Part shown: piece after piece, positions 10,076 through 21,045 of the stretch | How positions within the stretch are numbered: the stretch's first letter is position 1 | Layout: the number at the start of each line of letters is the position of its first letter | Assembly (NCBI GenBank): GCA_051859245.1 | Contig: JBHYGA010000001.1 | Span: forward strand, 928,001 to 992,000 | Source: Gemmatimonadaceae bacterium | GTDB taxonomy: Bacteria; Gemmatimonadota; Gemmatimonadetes; Gemmatimonadales; Gemmatimonadaceae | DNA: 64,000 nt | Direction: 5' to 3' | Position numbers and translations under genes: made by a program | Notes under the pieces: model-generated | Database searches by the model: none | Told to the model about the DNA's origin: nothing | The model's input: the letters and a program-made list of their open reading frames with translations, nothing else

Positions 10076-11407
10076 ATGCGAATCTTACTTATCGCGGCCG
10101 TCACACTAAGCCTGTGGACGCCCGTCGTCGTTGACACCTCGCTGCACGCGCAGCCCCCGCTCGTCTTTGTGCACGGCAACGGCGATCACGCCGGCCTGTG
10201 GGACACCACCATCTGGCGATTTGAATCCAACGGCTATCGCGCGGATCGTCTTTACGCGGTGGACCTGCCGCACCCACTGGGCGCCGCGCGGTTCAACTTG
10301 CCGGAACGCAATCGCTCAACGCCGGAGGAGCAGACCGCCGCGCTCGCCTCGTTTGTCACACGGGTGATGTTGCAAACAGGTGAGCCGAAGGTCGTGCTGG
10401 TGGGCAGTTCGCGCGGCGGCATGACCATTCGCAACTATCTGCGCTTTGGTGGCGGGGCCGCACATGTGTCGCACGCCATCCTCAGCGGCGCGCCCAACCA
10501 CGGCGTGTTCGCGCTGCCGAATCTGCAGCCAGAAAGTGAGTTCAACGGCGCGGGTCCGTATTTGCGCGCGCTGAATGACAGCAGCGAGGTCGTTGACGGT
10601 GTTCGCTTTCTCACGATCCGTTCCGACAACAACGATAAGTTTGCGCAAGCGGACGGCGCCGCGTTGGGTATGGCCGGTGTTGCGACCAACGTCGACGCGC
10701 GCGGTCCCGCACTGCGCGGTGCGACCGATGTGGTCCTGAACGGCGCGGATCATCGCGAGGTCGCGTTCTCTGATCGTGCGTTTGCCGCCATGTATGAGTT
10801 TCTCACGGGCAACGCGCCCCAAACGACCACCATATCCGCAGACAGTGTTGCGGTGCTGGGTGGTCTGATCAGTGGAACCGACAACGGCGGCCCAACGAAC
10901 ACGCCACTCGCTGGGGCCACGGTGCAGGTGTTCGCCGTTGACGCGGCGTCAGGCGCACGTATTGGCGATGCCTTGCACACGGAGACGACCAACTTCTCCG
11001 GTCGCTGGGGACCGTTCCGCGCGAACCCCTCGCAGTTCCATGAGTTTGTGCTCACTCCTTCGGACAGCAGCACATTGTATCACGTGTTTCGTTCGCCCAT
11101 TGCGCGCAGCAGTCGATACATCAACTTCCGCATTCCATCGGCACCCGCGCCACGTGGCGACAGCATGCAGGTCTCACTAGTTCGACCGCGCGGGTATCTG
11201 GGCGCGGGACGCGACACGGTGCTCATCAATGGCGCGCCGGCACGCGGCATTCCACCCGGTGTCGCGACCGTGGATCGTGTGGGCGCGTGGTGGTCGGCGA
11301 GCACACCGCAGTCGATCACCTTTCGTTTCAACGGCGAAACGATCGTTGTGCAAACTCGGCCCATGCATCCACGACGCGTGATCGTCGCGGAGATCCTGCA
11401 CGACTAG
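10076..11407 (+). CDS. Secreted alpha/beta-fold hydrolase (lipase-like)
   Basis: Signal peptide, VFVHGNG oxyanion motif, nucleophile elbow GSSRG, GAPNHG and late DHRE His. Confidence 0.8.
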   Translation: MRILLIAAVTLSLWTPVVVDTSLHAQPPLVFVHGNGDHAGLWDTTIWRFESNGYRADRLYAVDLPHPLGAARFNLPERNRSTPEEQTAALASFVTRVMLQTGEPKVVLVGSSRGGMTIRNYLRFGGGAAHVSHAILSGAPNHGVFALPNLQPESEFNGAGPYLRALNDSSEVVDGVRFLTIRSDNNDKFAQADGAALGMAGVATNVDARGPALRGATDVVLNGADHREVAFSDRAFAAMYEFLTGNAPQTTTISADSVAVLGGLISGTDNGGPTNTPLAGATVQVFAVDAASGARIGDALHTETTNFSGRWGPFRANPSQFHEFVLTPSDSSTLYHVFRSPIARSSRYINFRIPSAPAPRGDSMQVSLVRPRGYLGAGRDTVLINGAPARGIPPGVATVDRVGAWWSASTPQSITFRFNGETIVVQTRPMHPRRVIVAEILHD

Positions 11408-11443
11408 TCGATCAAACGCGCGAGGTGATGCACCATTCGTGCA

Positions 11444-12583
11444 TCACCCACCCGCGAAACGTTCTGCGATCGCAGCGAGCCGCGGTGCGCGATACAGCGC
11501 GTTCCAGTGTGCGACCTTCGCGAGCACATCGGCCACGGTAATGCGTTCCATACGGTTCTCGCGATACACCATATCAACCGGATAGTCTTCGCCGGGATCG
11601 CCGTACGCGTCGATCAGCAGATCGTGCGCAAAATCGTAGGGGCCCACCCGTTTTGGGTTCGTATAGCCCATGAGCCCGATCACCGGTGTGCGCAGCGCAA
11701 TCGCCAGATGCAGCGGTCCGGTATCCGGCGAGATGGCAAGCGCGGCGCCATCCAGAATCGCTGCCAGCTTGCGCAATCCGCTGCCGAGGGCGGAGTGCGC
11801 GAAGGGCGCGCCGCGCAGGATCTCGGCTTCGGCGTGCCGCTCACGCGGCGAACGACCACCCACGAGCACTGGTTGCATCCCATGCTCCTGATACAACGCG
11901 TGACACACGGCCACCCAACGATCAGGGAACCAGTCTTTGGCCGGCTTGCTCGTGGCGATCACGAGCGGAACAATGGGCCGATCAAACTGCGCGAGAAACT
12001 GCGATTGATGGGCACGCTCTTCGTCGTTCCATGGGCCGAGTCCCCACACCGGCGTGTCGTGTGGAATGCCGAGTGCATCGAGGAACTCGAAGTACTGATC
12101 CTGCACGTGCTGACCAACGTGCGGCGCAATGCGATGCGTGGTGAAGAGCCAGTTCGCGTCACGAGCTCGTGCTTTGTCAAAACCCAGCTTGACCGGCGCC
12201 TGCGTGAAGGCCGTGATCAGTCCGGCCTTGAAGTACACCTGCAGCCCGAGCACCAGGTCAAACGGCTTGGCCGCGAGCGCGCGTCGCACATCGGCGAACG
12301 CGCGCCAGCCACGCGCGCGATCAAAAATTACTATCTCATCTACGTGCGGATGACCGCGCACCAGTGTCGCCGGGCCCGGCTGTAGCACCCAGGTGACATG
12401 TGCACGTGGATACTGTGCCTTGATCGCATTCAAGACGGGCATCACATGCACCGCGTCGCCAACGGCACTCATCATCACGATGCAAATGCGATCAAAGCGC
12501 ACGGTGCGCGGCAGCGGCGGCGTTGTTGGTACCGGTGTCCGCGCCGTGCGAGACAATTCGATTGTGCGCGCGGACTCCGTCAC
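11444..12583 (-). CDS. Glycosyltransferase family 9 (LPS heptosyltransferase-like)
   Basis: SAVGDAV, HPHVDE, K.W..DRW and DTGPLHLAIA motifs; start placed at the GTG overlapping the upstream TGA (GTGA). Confidence 0.88.
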   Translation of the reverse strand: MTESARTIELSRTARTPVPTTPPLPRTVRFDRICIVMMSAVGDAVHVMPVLNAIKAQYPRAHVTWVLQPGPATLVRGHPHVDEIVIFDRARGWRAFADVRRALAAKPFDLVLGLQVYFKAGLITAFTQAPVKLGFDKARARDANWLFTTHRIAPHVGQHVQDQYFEFLDALGIPHDTPVWGLGPWNDEERAHQSQFLAQFDRPIVPLVIATSKPAKDWFPDRWVAVCHALYQEHGMQPVLVGGRSPRERHAEAEILRGAPFAHSALGSGLRKLAAILDGAALAISPDTGPLHLAIALRTPVIGLMGYTNPKRVGPYDFAHDLLIDAYGDPGEDYPVDMVYRENRMERITVADVLAKVAHWNALYRAPRLAAIAERFAGG

Positions 12584-13395
12584 GCCGCCGCCTGTAGCGA
12601 GGCGTGCACCAAGTTGGCGAGCCATTGTTCGTCCAGTGGCAGCTCGTGCCGTACGTGCCACTTGCGAATTGATCGCAGCAGTCGACGCATGTTGAGCGCC
12701 ATCACGCCTTCACGCGGCATCTCGCGAAAGCTGACCACATCTGCGTCGAGTACCATGGCGTTCACGTCGCCATGTTGCGTGCGCACCAGCAGAATATTCT
12801 TCACATTCAGATCAGCATGCACCGCGCCAACGTTGGCCAGCTGACGCAGCAACCGCAGCACCGCAGGCGTTGCATCACGAGCGTTCATTCGCGGAGCGGT
12901 TCCCGCGAGTACTGCGCCAAAATCCCATGCATCGGGCACATAGCGCGAGATCACGTCCACACGTCGCATGCCTGGACCGGCAGGGTACAGTGCGTAGCCC
13001 AGCATCTCCGGTGTCGGCACGCCACGCGCGCGCAACAGCACGTTCACCGCGGCCTCGCGCGGCGCACGTGTGGGCATGAGATAGCGATCACCCGTGAGCG
13101 GCGCGAGCATGCCGCCGTGCCACGCGTGGCGCACCACCACCGTGGCGGCACACTCTTCGAGCTCGGCGACATACACCACACCACGGCCTTGCAACGCACG
13201 CGCCTGCGGCGACTCCGCGGCCCAGTCGTACAGCGTCGTAAACTCGCGAAGACGCGCCGAGAGGGCGTCGAATACGGTCGGTGCAGCAACCAGTGTGGCA
13301 TTGCCCACGCGCTCCGACCGAAACGGCGAAACGAGCGGCTCCGTGCGCGACTCGGCGGGCGCCCGACCAGTGTCGGAGGGACCCGCCACCGTCAC
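12580..13395 (-). CDS. Lipopolysaccharide/Kdo kinase-family protein (KdkA/InaA-like)
   Basis: GRG loop, VVRHAWHGG, HADLNVKNIL catalytic loop, LD and L.RL.RS.RK; coupled to the GT9 gene. Confidence 0.8.
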   Translation of the reverse strand: MTVAGPSDTGRAPAESRTEPLVSPFRSERVGNATLVAAPTVFDALSARLREFTTLYDWAAESPQARALQGRGVVYVAELEECAATVVVRHAWHGGMLAPLTGDRYLMPTRAPREAAVNVLLRARGVPTPEMLGYALYPAGPGMRRVDVISRYVPDAWDFGAVLAGTAPRMNARDATPAVLRLLRQLANVGAVHADLNVKNILLVRTQHGDVNAMVLDADVVSFREMPREGVMALNMRRLLRSIRKWHVRHELPLDEQWLANLVHASLQAAA

Positions 13396-15053
13396 GAATC
13401 GCTCACCGGTCGCTTGATGGCCGGACGAATCGTGGTGCCTTGTCCTGAGCCTGGCGGTGCCATGTGCGGCGTGCCGTACATACCGGTGGCTGCGAGTTGA
13501 TGCGACAGCTCACGCTCGGCGCTGAACACCTGCACGGGCGGCCCCTGATGTCGCGTGGGCACAAGCTCCGGACGCGCGCGAAGCGGAATCGGATCGGTCA
13601 TCATGAGCCGCACCGCGTCGCTGATCAGCACATCACCGCCGCGAGCCAGGCTACACAAACGGTTGGCCAGGTTCACATTATCGCCAATGAGTGTGTACTC
13701 AAGTCGACGCGGCGAACCGATGTTACCGACAAACGCGTCGCCCGCGTTGATGCCGATGCCCGCGTGCAGCGCTGATCGACCCTGCGCCGTCCAGCGTGCA
13801 TTCAGTTTGGCGAGTTCACTCTGCATATCAAGCGCGGCGCGAATCGCGCGATCCGCGTCGTCGCCCGACGACACCGGCGCACCCCAGTACGCCATCAGCG
13901 CATCGCCAATGAACTTGTCGAGCGCGCCGTTGTGGCGGAATACGCACTCCACCATGGCCGCAAAATATTCATTGAGTTGCGCGGCCATCTGATCAGGCGG
14001 CAGCGATTCGGCAACTTCGGTGAAGCCACGAATATCGCTGAACAAGACCACCACACGTCGACGGTCACCGCCGAGCACCACATTGCCTTGCTGACTGGCA
14101 ATGCGGTCGGCTAACTGCGGTGTGAAATAACGTTCGAAGTTTTCCCGCACGCGCGTTGCTTCGCGCAGTCGTTCCACCGACTGTTCGCGTTCCATGGCAG
14201 CGGCGGCGATTCCGGCGTACGCCACCAGGAAGTCGAGATCGCTCTCTGTAAACGCGTTCACATCGCGCAGGTTGTCCACGTACAACACACCGAGCGTACG
14301 TCGTCCTTCCCCAATCAGTGGCGCGGCAAGTGCAGAGCGAACTGCCTGCGCCACAATCGATTCGCCGGCGACGCGCGAGTCACGCGTGGCATCATGAAAC
14401 AGCCACGACACCTGACGTTCTGCTACGCTGTTGGCAATGGTGCGGGGGATCGACTGCGACAATCGGCCGCCGCTGCGATCACGCGCCACGCGCATTTCAA
14501 GTTCCGCACCGCGGGCACCGCCTTCGGGCACCAGCAGAATAGCCACGCGGTCCGCGTCAAACGCTTCGAATGCGTCGTCGACAATTCGTGAGAGCAGCAC
14601 TTCAAGACGTGCCAACCCACCAAGTCGCTGCGCCACCGACACGAGCTGCGCGAGTCGCTTGCCGGCCACCGCCTCAACGGCTTCGGCCTGCGACCGCATC
14701 GCGCGTTCGCGTACCATTGTGGCGGCACCGTCCAGTGCAAACGGTGCGGTAATCGGGGCGCGCGGGGCGGCTTCTTCCACCACCGCGAGCTCAACCGGTC
14801 CAAACGAAATCAGATCGCCAACGCGAGCCTGCGCACGACCAATGCGCTGGCCATTGAGCCACGTGCCATTGCGCGACGACATATCCTGCAGCGCGATCAC
14901 GGGCCCGTCGGCGCGCAACTCGGCGTGCCGACGCGACACACCGGGATCCAGTATCGGCAGGTCGCTAGTGGTATCGCGACCAAGTACCAGCGTGGCGCCC
15001 TCGGGAAGCACAAAGCGGCGATCGCCAGATGGCGAGACAAGTGCGAGTGCCAT
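13392..15053 (-). CDS. FHA-GAF-class III adenylate cyclase
   Basis: FHA (LGRD, VSRRHA, SRNGTWLNG), GAF (LAAPLI..GVLYVDN), cyclase (FSDIRGFT, DKFIGDA, EYTLIGDNVNLANRL). Confidence 0.92.
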   Translation of the reverse strand: MALALVSPSGDRRFVLPEGATLVLGRDTTSDLPILDPGVSRRHAELRADGPVIALQDMSSRNGTWLNGQRIGRAQARVGDLISFGPVELAVVEEAAPRAPITAPFALDGAATMVRERAMRSQAEAVEAVAGKRLAQLVSVAQRLGGLARLEVLLSRIVDDAFEAFDADRVAILLVPEGGARGAELEMRVARDRSGGRLSQSIPRTIANSVAERQVSWLFHDATRDSRVAGESIVAQAVRSALAAPLIGEGRRTLGVLYVDNLRDVNAFTESDLDFLVAYAGIAAAAMEREQSVERLREATRVRENFERYFTPQLADRIASQQGNVVLGGDRRRVVVLFSDIRGFTEVAESLPPDQMAAQLNEYFAAMVECVFRHNGALDKFIGDALMAYWGAPVSSGDDADRAIRAALDMQSELAKLNARWTAQGRSALHAGIGINAGDAFVGNIGSPRRLEYTLIGDNVNLANRLCSLARGGDVLISDAVRLMMTDPIPLRARPELVPTRHQGPPVQVFSAERELSHQLAATGMYGTPHMAPPGSGQGTTIRPAIKRPVSDS

Positions 15054-15059
15054 GCGCGT

Positions 15060-16613
15060 TCAGTGAGTCGCCGTGGTGGACACGGCGGCACGCGCACGAC
15101 CAATCGCCGTGAGCAGTGCACGGGCTTTGGTTTCCGTCTCCTCCCACTCACGTTCGGGCACCGAGTCATGCACGATACCCGCGCCTGCCTGCACTGATGC
15201 CACGCCGTCCGCAATCACGCAGGTACGAATCGTGATCGCGAGATCCATGCGCTGATCACCGGCGGCAATAAATCCAAGCGCGCCCGCATAGGGGCCACGA
15301 CGCTCCGGTTCCAGTTCATCAATGATTTGCATGGCGCGCACCTTTGGCGCACCGGTCATGGTGCCGGCCGGGAACGTGGCGCGGAACGCATCAAGCGCGC
15401 TGTACTCTGGCAGCAAATCTCCCTCCACCTGACTCACCATGTGCAACACGTGCGAATAGCGCTCCACCTTCATGAGGTCGGTGACGCGCACGGATCCATA
15501 CTTGGCAATGCGGCCCACATCATTGCGACCGAGATCCACGAGCATCACGTGTTCCGCGCGTTCCTTTTCATCTGCGAGCAGGTCAGCCGCGAGTTCTGCA
15601 TCGGCTTCGGGAGTCGCGCCACGTTTGCGCGTGCCGGCAATCGGTCGCACCGTCACGCGCCCGTCAGCCACGCGCAGCAACAGCTCCGGCGACGAGCCCA
15701 CAATCTCCACACCATCGAGCACCAGGTGATACATGTACGGCGACGGATTCAGCGCGCGCAAGCAGCGATATAACGTGCTGCCTTCAAAGTCATGCGGTGT
15801 GCTGATACGGCGGGCCAGCAGCGCCTGAAACACATCTCCGGCGAGAATGTATTCCTTGATGCGGGCCACGTCGCGCTCAAAATCTTCTCGTGCGTACGAC
15901 GATTCACCTTGCGCCGGTTCGGCGTGGTGCGCGAGTGTGATCGGCTCCAATTCATCGGGGCCGTGCAGTCGCGCAATCGTTTCGTCGAGGGTGTCCTGCG
16001 CGTCGTCATACAACGCGGCGAGAGTCGCTTCGTTCGCGCATGGCGGCACGTGAACCGAAACAATCACGCGCGCCTGTCCGCGCCAGTTGTCGATCATGAC
16101 AATCGCGCGCGGAAAAATGAAACACGCATCGGGCGCGGCCACACCACGCGGCGGTGCATCGGGCAAGCGCTCAATGTGCCGCACCACGTCGTAGGTGAAG
16201 TAGCCAACGGCGCCACTCCAGAACGGGCCGAGTTCCGGCATGTCGACCGGGCGCATGCTTTGCACAATCTGCTGCAGGTCCGTGATCGGGTCCGCAGGCG
16301 TGCGCGCTCCGTGCCATCCACGTTCCGCCGTCCAGTCCTCCACCACGCCATCGGTGAGCCGCCACGCACCGCTCGGCGAGCTGCCCATGTACGTATAGCG
16401 GGCCCAGGTCTCGCCGCCCGCAGGCGCGGACTCCAACAGAAACGCAAACGGCCCCTGACGCAGCTTGGCGTAGGCGGCAACGGGCGTGGCGAGGTCGAGC
16501 AGACAATCGCGCCAGACTGGTACGAGACCACCGAGCGACTGGCACTGGGCGGCGCGAGCGAAAAAAGCATCACGAGTGGGCACGTGGAATACTCGCCGCC
16601 GCGCTCCCGTCAT
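15060..16613 (-). CDS. trpE: Anthranilate synthase component I
   Basis: FLLESA, NPSPYMY, RPIAGTRKRG, EHVMLVDLGRND, PAGTMTGAPK and QAGAGIV; start uncertain (16613 ATG or 16583 GTG). Confidence 0.9.
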   Translation of the reverse strand: MTGARRRVFHVPTRDAFFARAAQCQSLGGLVPVWRDCLLDLATPVAAYAKLRQGPFAFLLESAPAGGETWARYTYMGSSPSGAWRLTDGVVEDWTAERGWHGARTPADPITDLQQIVQSMRPVDMPELGPFWSGAVGYFTYDVVRHIERLPDAPPRGVAAPDACFIFPRAIVMIDNWRGQARVIVSVHVPPCANEATLAALYDDAQDTLDETIARLHGPDELEPITLAHHAEPAQGESSYAREDFERDVARIKEYILAGDVFQALLARRISTPHDFEGSTLYRCLRALNPSPYMYHLVLDGVEIVGSSPELLLRVADGRVTVRPIAGTRKRGATPEADAELAADLLADEKERAEHVMLVDLGRNDVGRIAKYGSVRVTDLMKVERYSHVLHMVSQVEGDLLPEYSALDAFRATFPAGTMTGAPKVRAMQIIDELEPERRGPYAGALGFIAAGDQRMDLAITIRTCVIADGVASVQAGAGIVHDSVPEREWEETETKARALLTAIGRARAAVSTTATH

Positions 16614-16641
16614 GGCAAGCGGTACGGCTAGGTTATGGGGC

Positions 16642-17190
16642 ATGAGCATGCCTCAGCTATCCGAACTCGGCGCGAATGGGCGCGTCGCGATTACGCCTGG
16701 TGTTGTGGACGTCGTGGTACTGCAGCGTGTCCCGGTGCGCGGTCGTGAGCGGGCCAACGCGGGTCAGGGCTTCGCTTGGCGCGTGCTGGTGCTGCAACGC
16801 GGCCCGCAAACGCGCTGCCCGGGCTCATGGGAGGTGGTACACGGCCGCATTGAGCGCGGTGAACGTCCGGAGCACGCGGCGCGTCGCGAGGTCAGCGAAG
16901 AAACCGCACTCTCCACGGAGCGCCTGTACAGCATCACCGTGAACGCGTTCTATCTTGCCGGCCGCGATATCCAGGCGGCCCTCGTGTTTGCGGCTGTGGT
17001 GGCCGAAGGGGCTGAGGCGCCTCAGGTGACGCTGAGCAGTGAACACGTGGCGTATCGCTGGCTGTCGATAACGGCGGCCAAGCGCGCGCTCACGTGGCCG
17101 CGTGAAATCGAAGCGCTCACGCACATCGCACATTTGCTTCGATCAGGAGACGCCGGCGTTGCCGAAGACGTGCTGCGCGTGGCTGACTAA
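16642..17190 (+). CDS. NUDIX hydrolase
   Basis: Nudix box GRIERGERPEHAARREVSEETAL and SEH..YRW; ATG 7 nt after a TAGGTT -10-like hexamer. Confidence 0.88.
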   Translation: MSMPQLSELGANGRVAITPGVVDVVVLQRVPVRGRERANAGQGFAWRVLVLQRGPQTRCPGSWEVVHGRIERGERPEHAARREVSEETALSTERLYSITVNAFYLAGRDIQAALVFAAVVAEGAEAPQVTLSSEHVAYRWLSITAAKRALTWPREIEALTHIAHLLRSGDAGVAEDVLRVAD

Positions 17191-17882
17191 CGCACCGTGT
17201 CGCGTCGGACCTGCGCACTGGCGCGCGAACGCACGAGGGCGCGCTCGCGCTCAACGCGCTGCAGCACGGCCTGCCACCCGCTGCTCTCCGTCGTTTCCAT
17301 GATGATCGACAGCGGCTGATTCTCGTCTACTTCTCCGTCGAATACAAACAGGGCCGACTTGGTGTCACGCTGCCGTAGTCGATATTCGCCAAAGCCTGGA
17401 GAGAGCGCGACAACTTCAAGGGGACGGAAATCGCGGCCCACATTGCGAATCACGATTTCAAGCGGGCTGAACCGAGTTTCGCCCTGCTCCTGCGCAAAAA
17501 AATCGAGCAGCCAGATCGAGTACGACGGCATGCGCACGCGTTGCTTCACCTGATCCAGTTCAACCTGCTTGCTGGCGACCAATTCACCCAACGCGCGATT
17601 GATGTCTGGAGACAACAACCGTGTGAACGATTCGTTCAGCGGGGTGGCGCGCACCTGCAGACCGCCCGGCAATGCCAGACGAATGGCAATGTCATCCTGA
17701 CGTAGCGTGCCGAACCCGGCCGGTACCTGCGTGGCGCTTTGACTCACAATCTGGGGCGAGGCATCGGCTGTACCCGGGGCCGGTACCGACGCGCACCCAC
17801 TCACGAGCATCGCCGCGCCGCATAGCGCCCCACGAACACCGAGCATGCGATACCGCGCTCGATCTTCGGCCGCGTATATCAC
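17187..17882 (-). CDS. Hypothetical lipoprotein
   Basis: Lipobox-like LVSGC after a hydrophobic stretch; start overlaps the engB stop by 4 nt, so it is the last gene of the clpX-lon-engB unit. Confidence 0.65.
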   Translation of the reverse strand: MIYAAEDRARYRMLGVRGALCGAAMLVSGCASVPAPGTADASPQIVSQSATQVPAGFGTLRQDDIAIRLALPGGLQVRATPLNESFTRLLSPDINRALGELVASKQVELDQVKQRVRMPSYSIWLLDFFAQEQGETRFSPLEIVIRNVGRDFRPLEVVALSPGFGEYRLRQRDTKSALFVFDGEVDENQPLSIIMETTESSGWQAVLQRVERERALVRSRASAQVRRDTVR

Positions 17883-18571
17883 GACGCAGACTCCGGAGCG
17901 TCCTGGGGCAGCAGCGCGTCGTCGTCCTCTTCGGTTTCAACCGGTGCTTCACACAGTGACACCACGGCTCGCGCCAACTCATCACGCCCTTCGCCGGTGC
18001 GCGCGGAGAATGTCAGCAACTGGTCTTCGTCGATCCCGAGCGATGCACAGAGCGCTGGAATGCGCTCGTCACGTTCTTTCGCGCGCAGCTTGTCGATTTT
18101 GGTGAGCACGACAAGTGTTGGCACTTCCACGTCGGCCAGAAAATCGAGCATGTGCCGATCATCGTCTGTGGGATCATGACGCGAATCGAGCAGCAACACC
18201 ACGCCGCGCAACTGTGGGTTGTCCTTGATGAACCCTTCAATCAGCGGACGCCACGCTGCTTTGCGTTCCTTGGAGATGCGCGCGTAGCCGTAACCAGGCA
18301 AGTCAGCGAGGACAAACGCATGGTTCACCTTGAAGAAGTTGATCTCACGCGTACGACCCGGCGTATTGCTGACGCGCGCAAATGCCTTGCGCCGCACCAA
18401 CCGATTCAGCAACGACGACTTGCCCACGTTCGATCGTCCGGCAAAGCCAACTTCAGGCAAGACAGATTCCGGGCGCCATCCACCGGCTTCGGCCATCGGT
18501 CCGATAAACTCGAGCGAGCGGATCACCAGCGGATCGGGATTCGACGCGTTGTGCGCTGCAGGATCAGACAT
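17879..18571 (-). CDS. engB: Ribosome biogenesis GTPase YihA/YsxC
   Basis: GRSNVGKSSL, PGRT, DLPGYGYA and TKIDK. Confidence 0.96.
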   Translation of the reverse strand: MSDPAAHNASNPDPLVIRSLEFIGPMAEAGGWRPESVLPEVGFAGRSNVGKSSLLNRLVRRKAFARVSNTPGRTREINFFKVNHAFVLADLPGYGYARISKERKAAWRPLIEGFIKDNPQLRGVVLLLDSRHDPTDDDRHMLDFLADVEVPTLVVLTKIDKLRAKERDERIPALCASLGIDEDQLLTFSARTGEGRDELARAVVSLCEAPVETEEDDDALLPQDAPESAS

Positions 18572-21045
18572 CAGACGCGCGCCTCCGTTGTTGCCGTACG
18601 ACGCGCTGAGCGGCGAGCGGGCGCCGCCGGCTGCTTTGTCAGCGCATCAGCAACGGCGGGCACCGATTGCGGCATCAATGCATGCTCGAGCACTTCATCC
18701 ATCGATCGCACCGCGTGCCACGTCACACCGTCGCGTGCATCCGTTGGCATCTCGGACAACTCACGCGCATTCGCAAACGGCACAATCACTGCGGACATAT
18801 GCTGCCGGTGCGCAGCCACGCCCTTTTCACGCAAGCCACCAATCGGCAACACACGACCGCGCAATGTGACTTCGCCCGTCATGGCCACATCACCGCGCAC
18901 CGCACGTCCGGTGAGTGCACTCACCATGGCGGTGGCCATCGCAATACCAGCCGACGGACCGTCCTTCGGTGTCGCGCCAGCGGGGACGTGCACGTGCAAA
19001 TCATGACGTTGCAGCGTATCTGCGGCGAGACCAAGACTCTCCAGTCGCGAACGCACCCACGTAAGCGCCGCCGACGCCGACTCTTTCATCACATCGCCGA
19101 GTGTTCCGGTGAGCTGTAAACGACCACGTCCCGGGATCACACTGACTTCAATCTCCAGTATCTCACCGCCAACCGAGGTGTAGGCCAGGCCATTCGCCAC
19201 GCCAACACGGTTTTCAGTACTCGCCATCTCCGCATCGTACGGCGCTACACCCAGATACTCGGCCAGCTGCGCTTCTGTCACGGTGATTGGCAACGCAATA
19301 TCGCCACGCTCCGCGATCGCACGCGTCAGCTTGCGCACCAGCCGCGCAACGCGACGCTCGAGATCCCGCACGCCAGCCTCGCGTGTCCAACCGCGCAGCA
19401 TCGCGGTGAGCACCGCGTCATCGATCACCACATCCGTGGCGGCGAGTCCATGCGCTTCGAGTTGACGCGGCACGAGATAGCGAGAGGCAATCGCGAGCTT
19501 CTCCGGTTCGAGATAACCAGGCAAGCGCACCACTTCCAGACGATCACGCAACGCCTCGGGAATGCCGGGCAGTGAGTTGGCGGTTGTGATGAACAACACC
19601 TGCGACAAATCGTAATCCACTTCGAGATAGTGATCGGCGAACGCGCGATGCTGCTCTGGGTCGAGCACCTCGAGCAGTGCCGAAGCCGGATCTCCGCGCC
19701 AGTCGCTGCCCAGCTTGTCGAGCTCGTCGAGCAACAAGACGGGATTCGTCACCTCTGCACGACGCATTGACTGAATCAGCCGACCGGGAAGGGCGCCCAC
19801 ATACGTGCGGCGATGTCCGCGAATTTCGGCCTCATCTCGCACACCACCAAGCGAGATGCGCACGAACTTGCGACCCATGGCGCGCGCAATGCTGCGCGCG
19901 AGCGACGTTTTACCAACACCGGGAGGACCAACGAGACAGAGAATCGGTCCACGCACAACGCCCACACGCGAGAGCACGGCAATGTGATCGAGAATGCGTT
20001 CTTTGACTTCGGCGAGGCCGTAGTGATCGGCATCCAGCACTTCACGTGCAGTGGTGATGTCGAGGACGTCATCACTCTTTTCGTGCCATGGCAGCGCGGC
20101 AATCCAGTCGAGCCAGCCGCGTGAGACCGCGGCTTCAGGCGACATGGGCGACAACTTGCGCAGGCGGCGAATTTCACGCGTGGCGCGCGTTTGAATGGCC
20201 TCAGGCAGCTTGCGCGCGGCCAGTTGCAACTCGAGTTCGGCGAGCTCGTCACCGTCATCGTTGCCGAGTTCCTTGTGAATCGCCTTGAGCTGCTCCTGCA
20301 GAAAGAACTCGCGTTGATTCTGGAACAGTGAGCCGCGCACCTGATCATCAATGCGACGTTCGAGGCGCAGCAATTCGAGTTCACTCACGAGCACTTCCGC
20401 CACGCGATCGACCAACTCCGCGAGCGACGGTTTGGCGAGCAGTTCCTGACGGACATCGAGAGGCAGCTGCAAATGCGCGGCGATGCCGAAGATCACGCGT
20501 TCGGGATCTTCCAGTGACTGGAGCACACCAACGATTTCCGGCGGCGTGCGACGCTGCAGCCCGGCGTACTCTTCGAACAGCGAGAGTGTGTGGCGTATGC
20601 GAACCGCGAGCTCGGTGAGCCCGTCGTGCGGAAGCTCAAGCGGATACGAACGCACGGTCGCGTGCACCGGCAGCGCGATGCGCGGCGCTCCTTCGTCGCT
20701 CTTGACCTCGCGCGGAAGGGTAAAGCGCGTAATGAGCACACGCTCTTTCGCATCCACGAGGATGCGCGTGGTGCCGTTGGGCATCCGCGTGACATGCTGC
20801 ACGCGCGCGACCACACCGACACGATGCAGCCCTGTTGCGGCGGGCTGTTGATCGTCGGGGTTGCGTTGCGTGACAAGCAGGAGTTCGCGATTCCCTTCAG
20901 CAGCGGCTGCCACAGCAGCGAGCGAACGGGAGCGCCCCACCAGCAGGGGCATGGCCGCATGCGGAAACAGCACAACATCACGCAGCGGCAGAACGGGATA
21001 CCGCGTTGGCGAGTCGCCAGGACGCGGGGCAGGGCGTGGGCTCAG
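18571..21045 (-). CDS. lon: Lon protease (endopeptidase La); start probably a CTG at 21045
   Basis: Walker [16 protein letters not shown] and catalytic PKDGPSAG; the conserved N-terminal [12 protein letters not shown] begins upstream of the first ATG/GTG/TTG (20973). Confidence 0.95.
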   Translation of the reverse strand: MSPRPAPRPGDSPTRYPVLPLRDVVLFPHAAMPLLVGRSRSLAAVAAAAEGNRELLLVTQRNPDDQQPAATGLHRVGVVARVQHVTRMPNGTTRILVDAKERVLITRFTLPREVKSDEGAPRIALPVHATVRSYPLELPHDGLTELAVRIRHTLSLFEEYAGLQRRTPPEIVGVLQSLEDPERVIFGIAAHLQLPLDVRQELLAKPSLAELVDRVAEVLVSELELLRLERRIDDQVRGSLFQNQREFFLQEQLKAIHKELGNDDGDELAELELQLAARKLPEAIQTRATREIRRLRKLSPMSPEAAVSRGWLDWIAALPWHEKSDDVLDITTAREVLDADHYGLAEVKERILDHIAVLSRVGVVRGPILCLVGPPGVGKTSLARSIARAMGRKFVRISLGGVRDEAEIRGHRRTYVGALPGRLIQSMRRAEVTNPVLLLDELDKLGSDWRGDPASALLEVLDPEQHRAFADHYLEVDYDLSQVLFITTANSLPGIPEALRDRLEVVRLPGYLEPEKLAIASRYLVPRQLEAHGLAATDVVIDDAVLTAMLRGWTREAGVRDLERRVARLVRKLTRAIAERGDIALPITVTEAQLAEYLGVAPYDAEMASTENRVGVANGLAYTSVGGEILEIEVSVIPGRGRLQLTGTLGDVMKESASAALTWVRSRLESLGLAADTLQRHDLHVHVPAGATPKDGPSAGIAMATAMVSALTGRAVRGDVAMTGEVTLRGRVLPIGGLREKGVAAHRQHMSAVIVPFANARELSEMPTDARDGVTWHAVRSMDEVLEHALMPQSVPAVADALTKQPAAPARRSARRTATTEARV

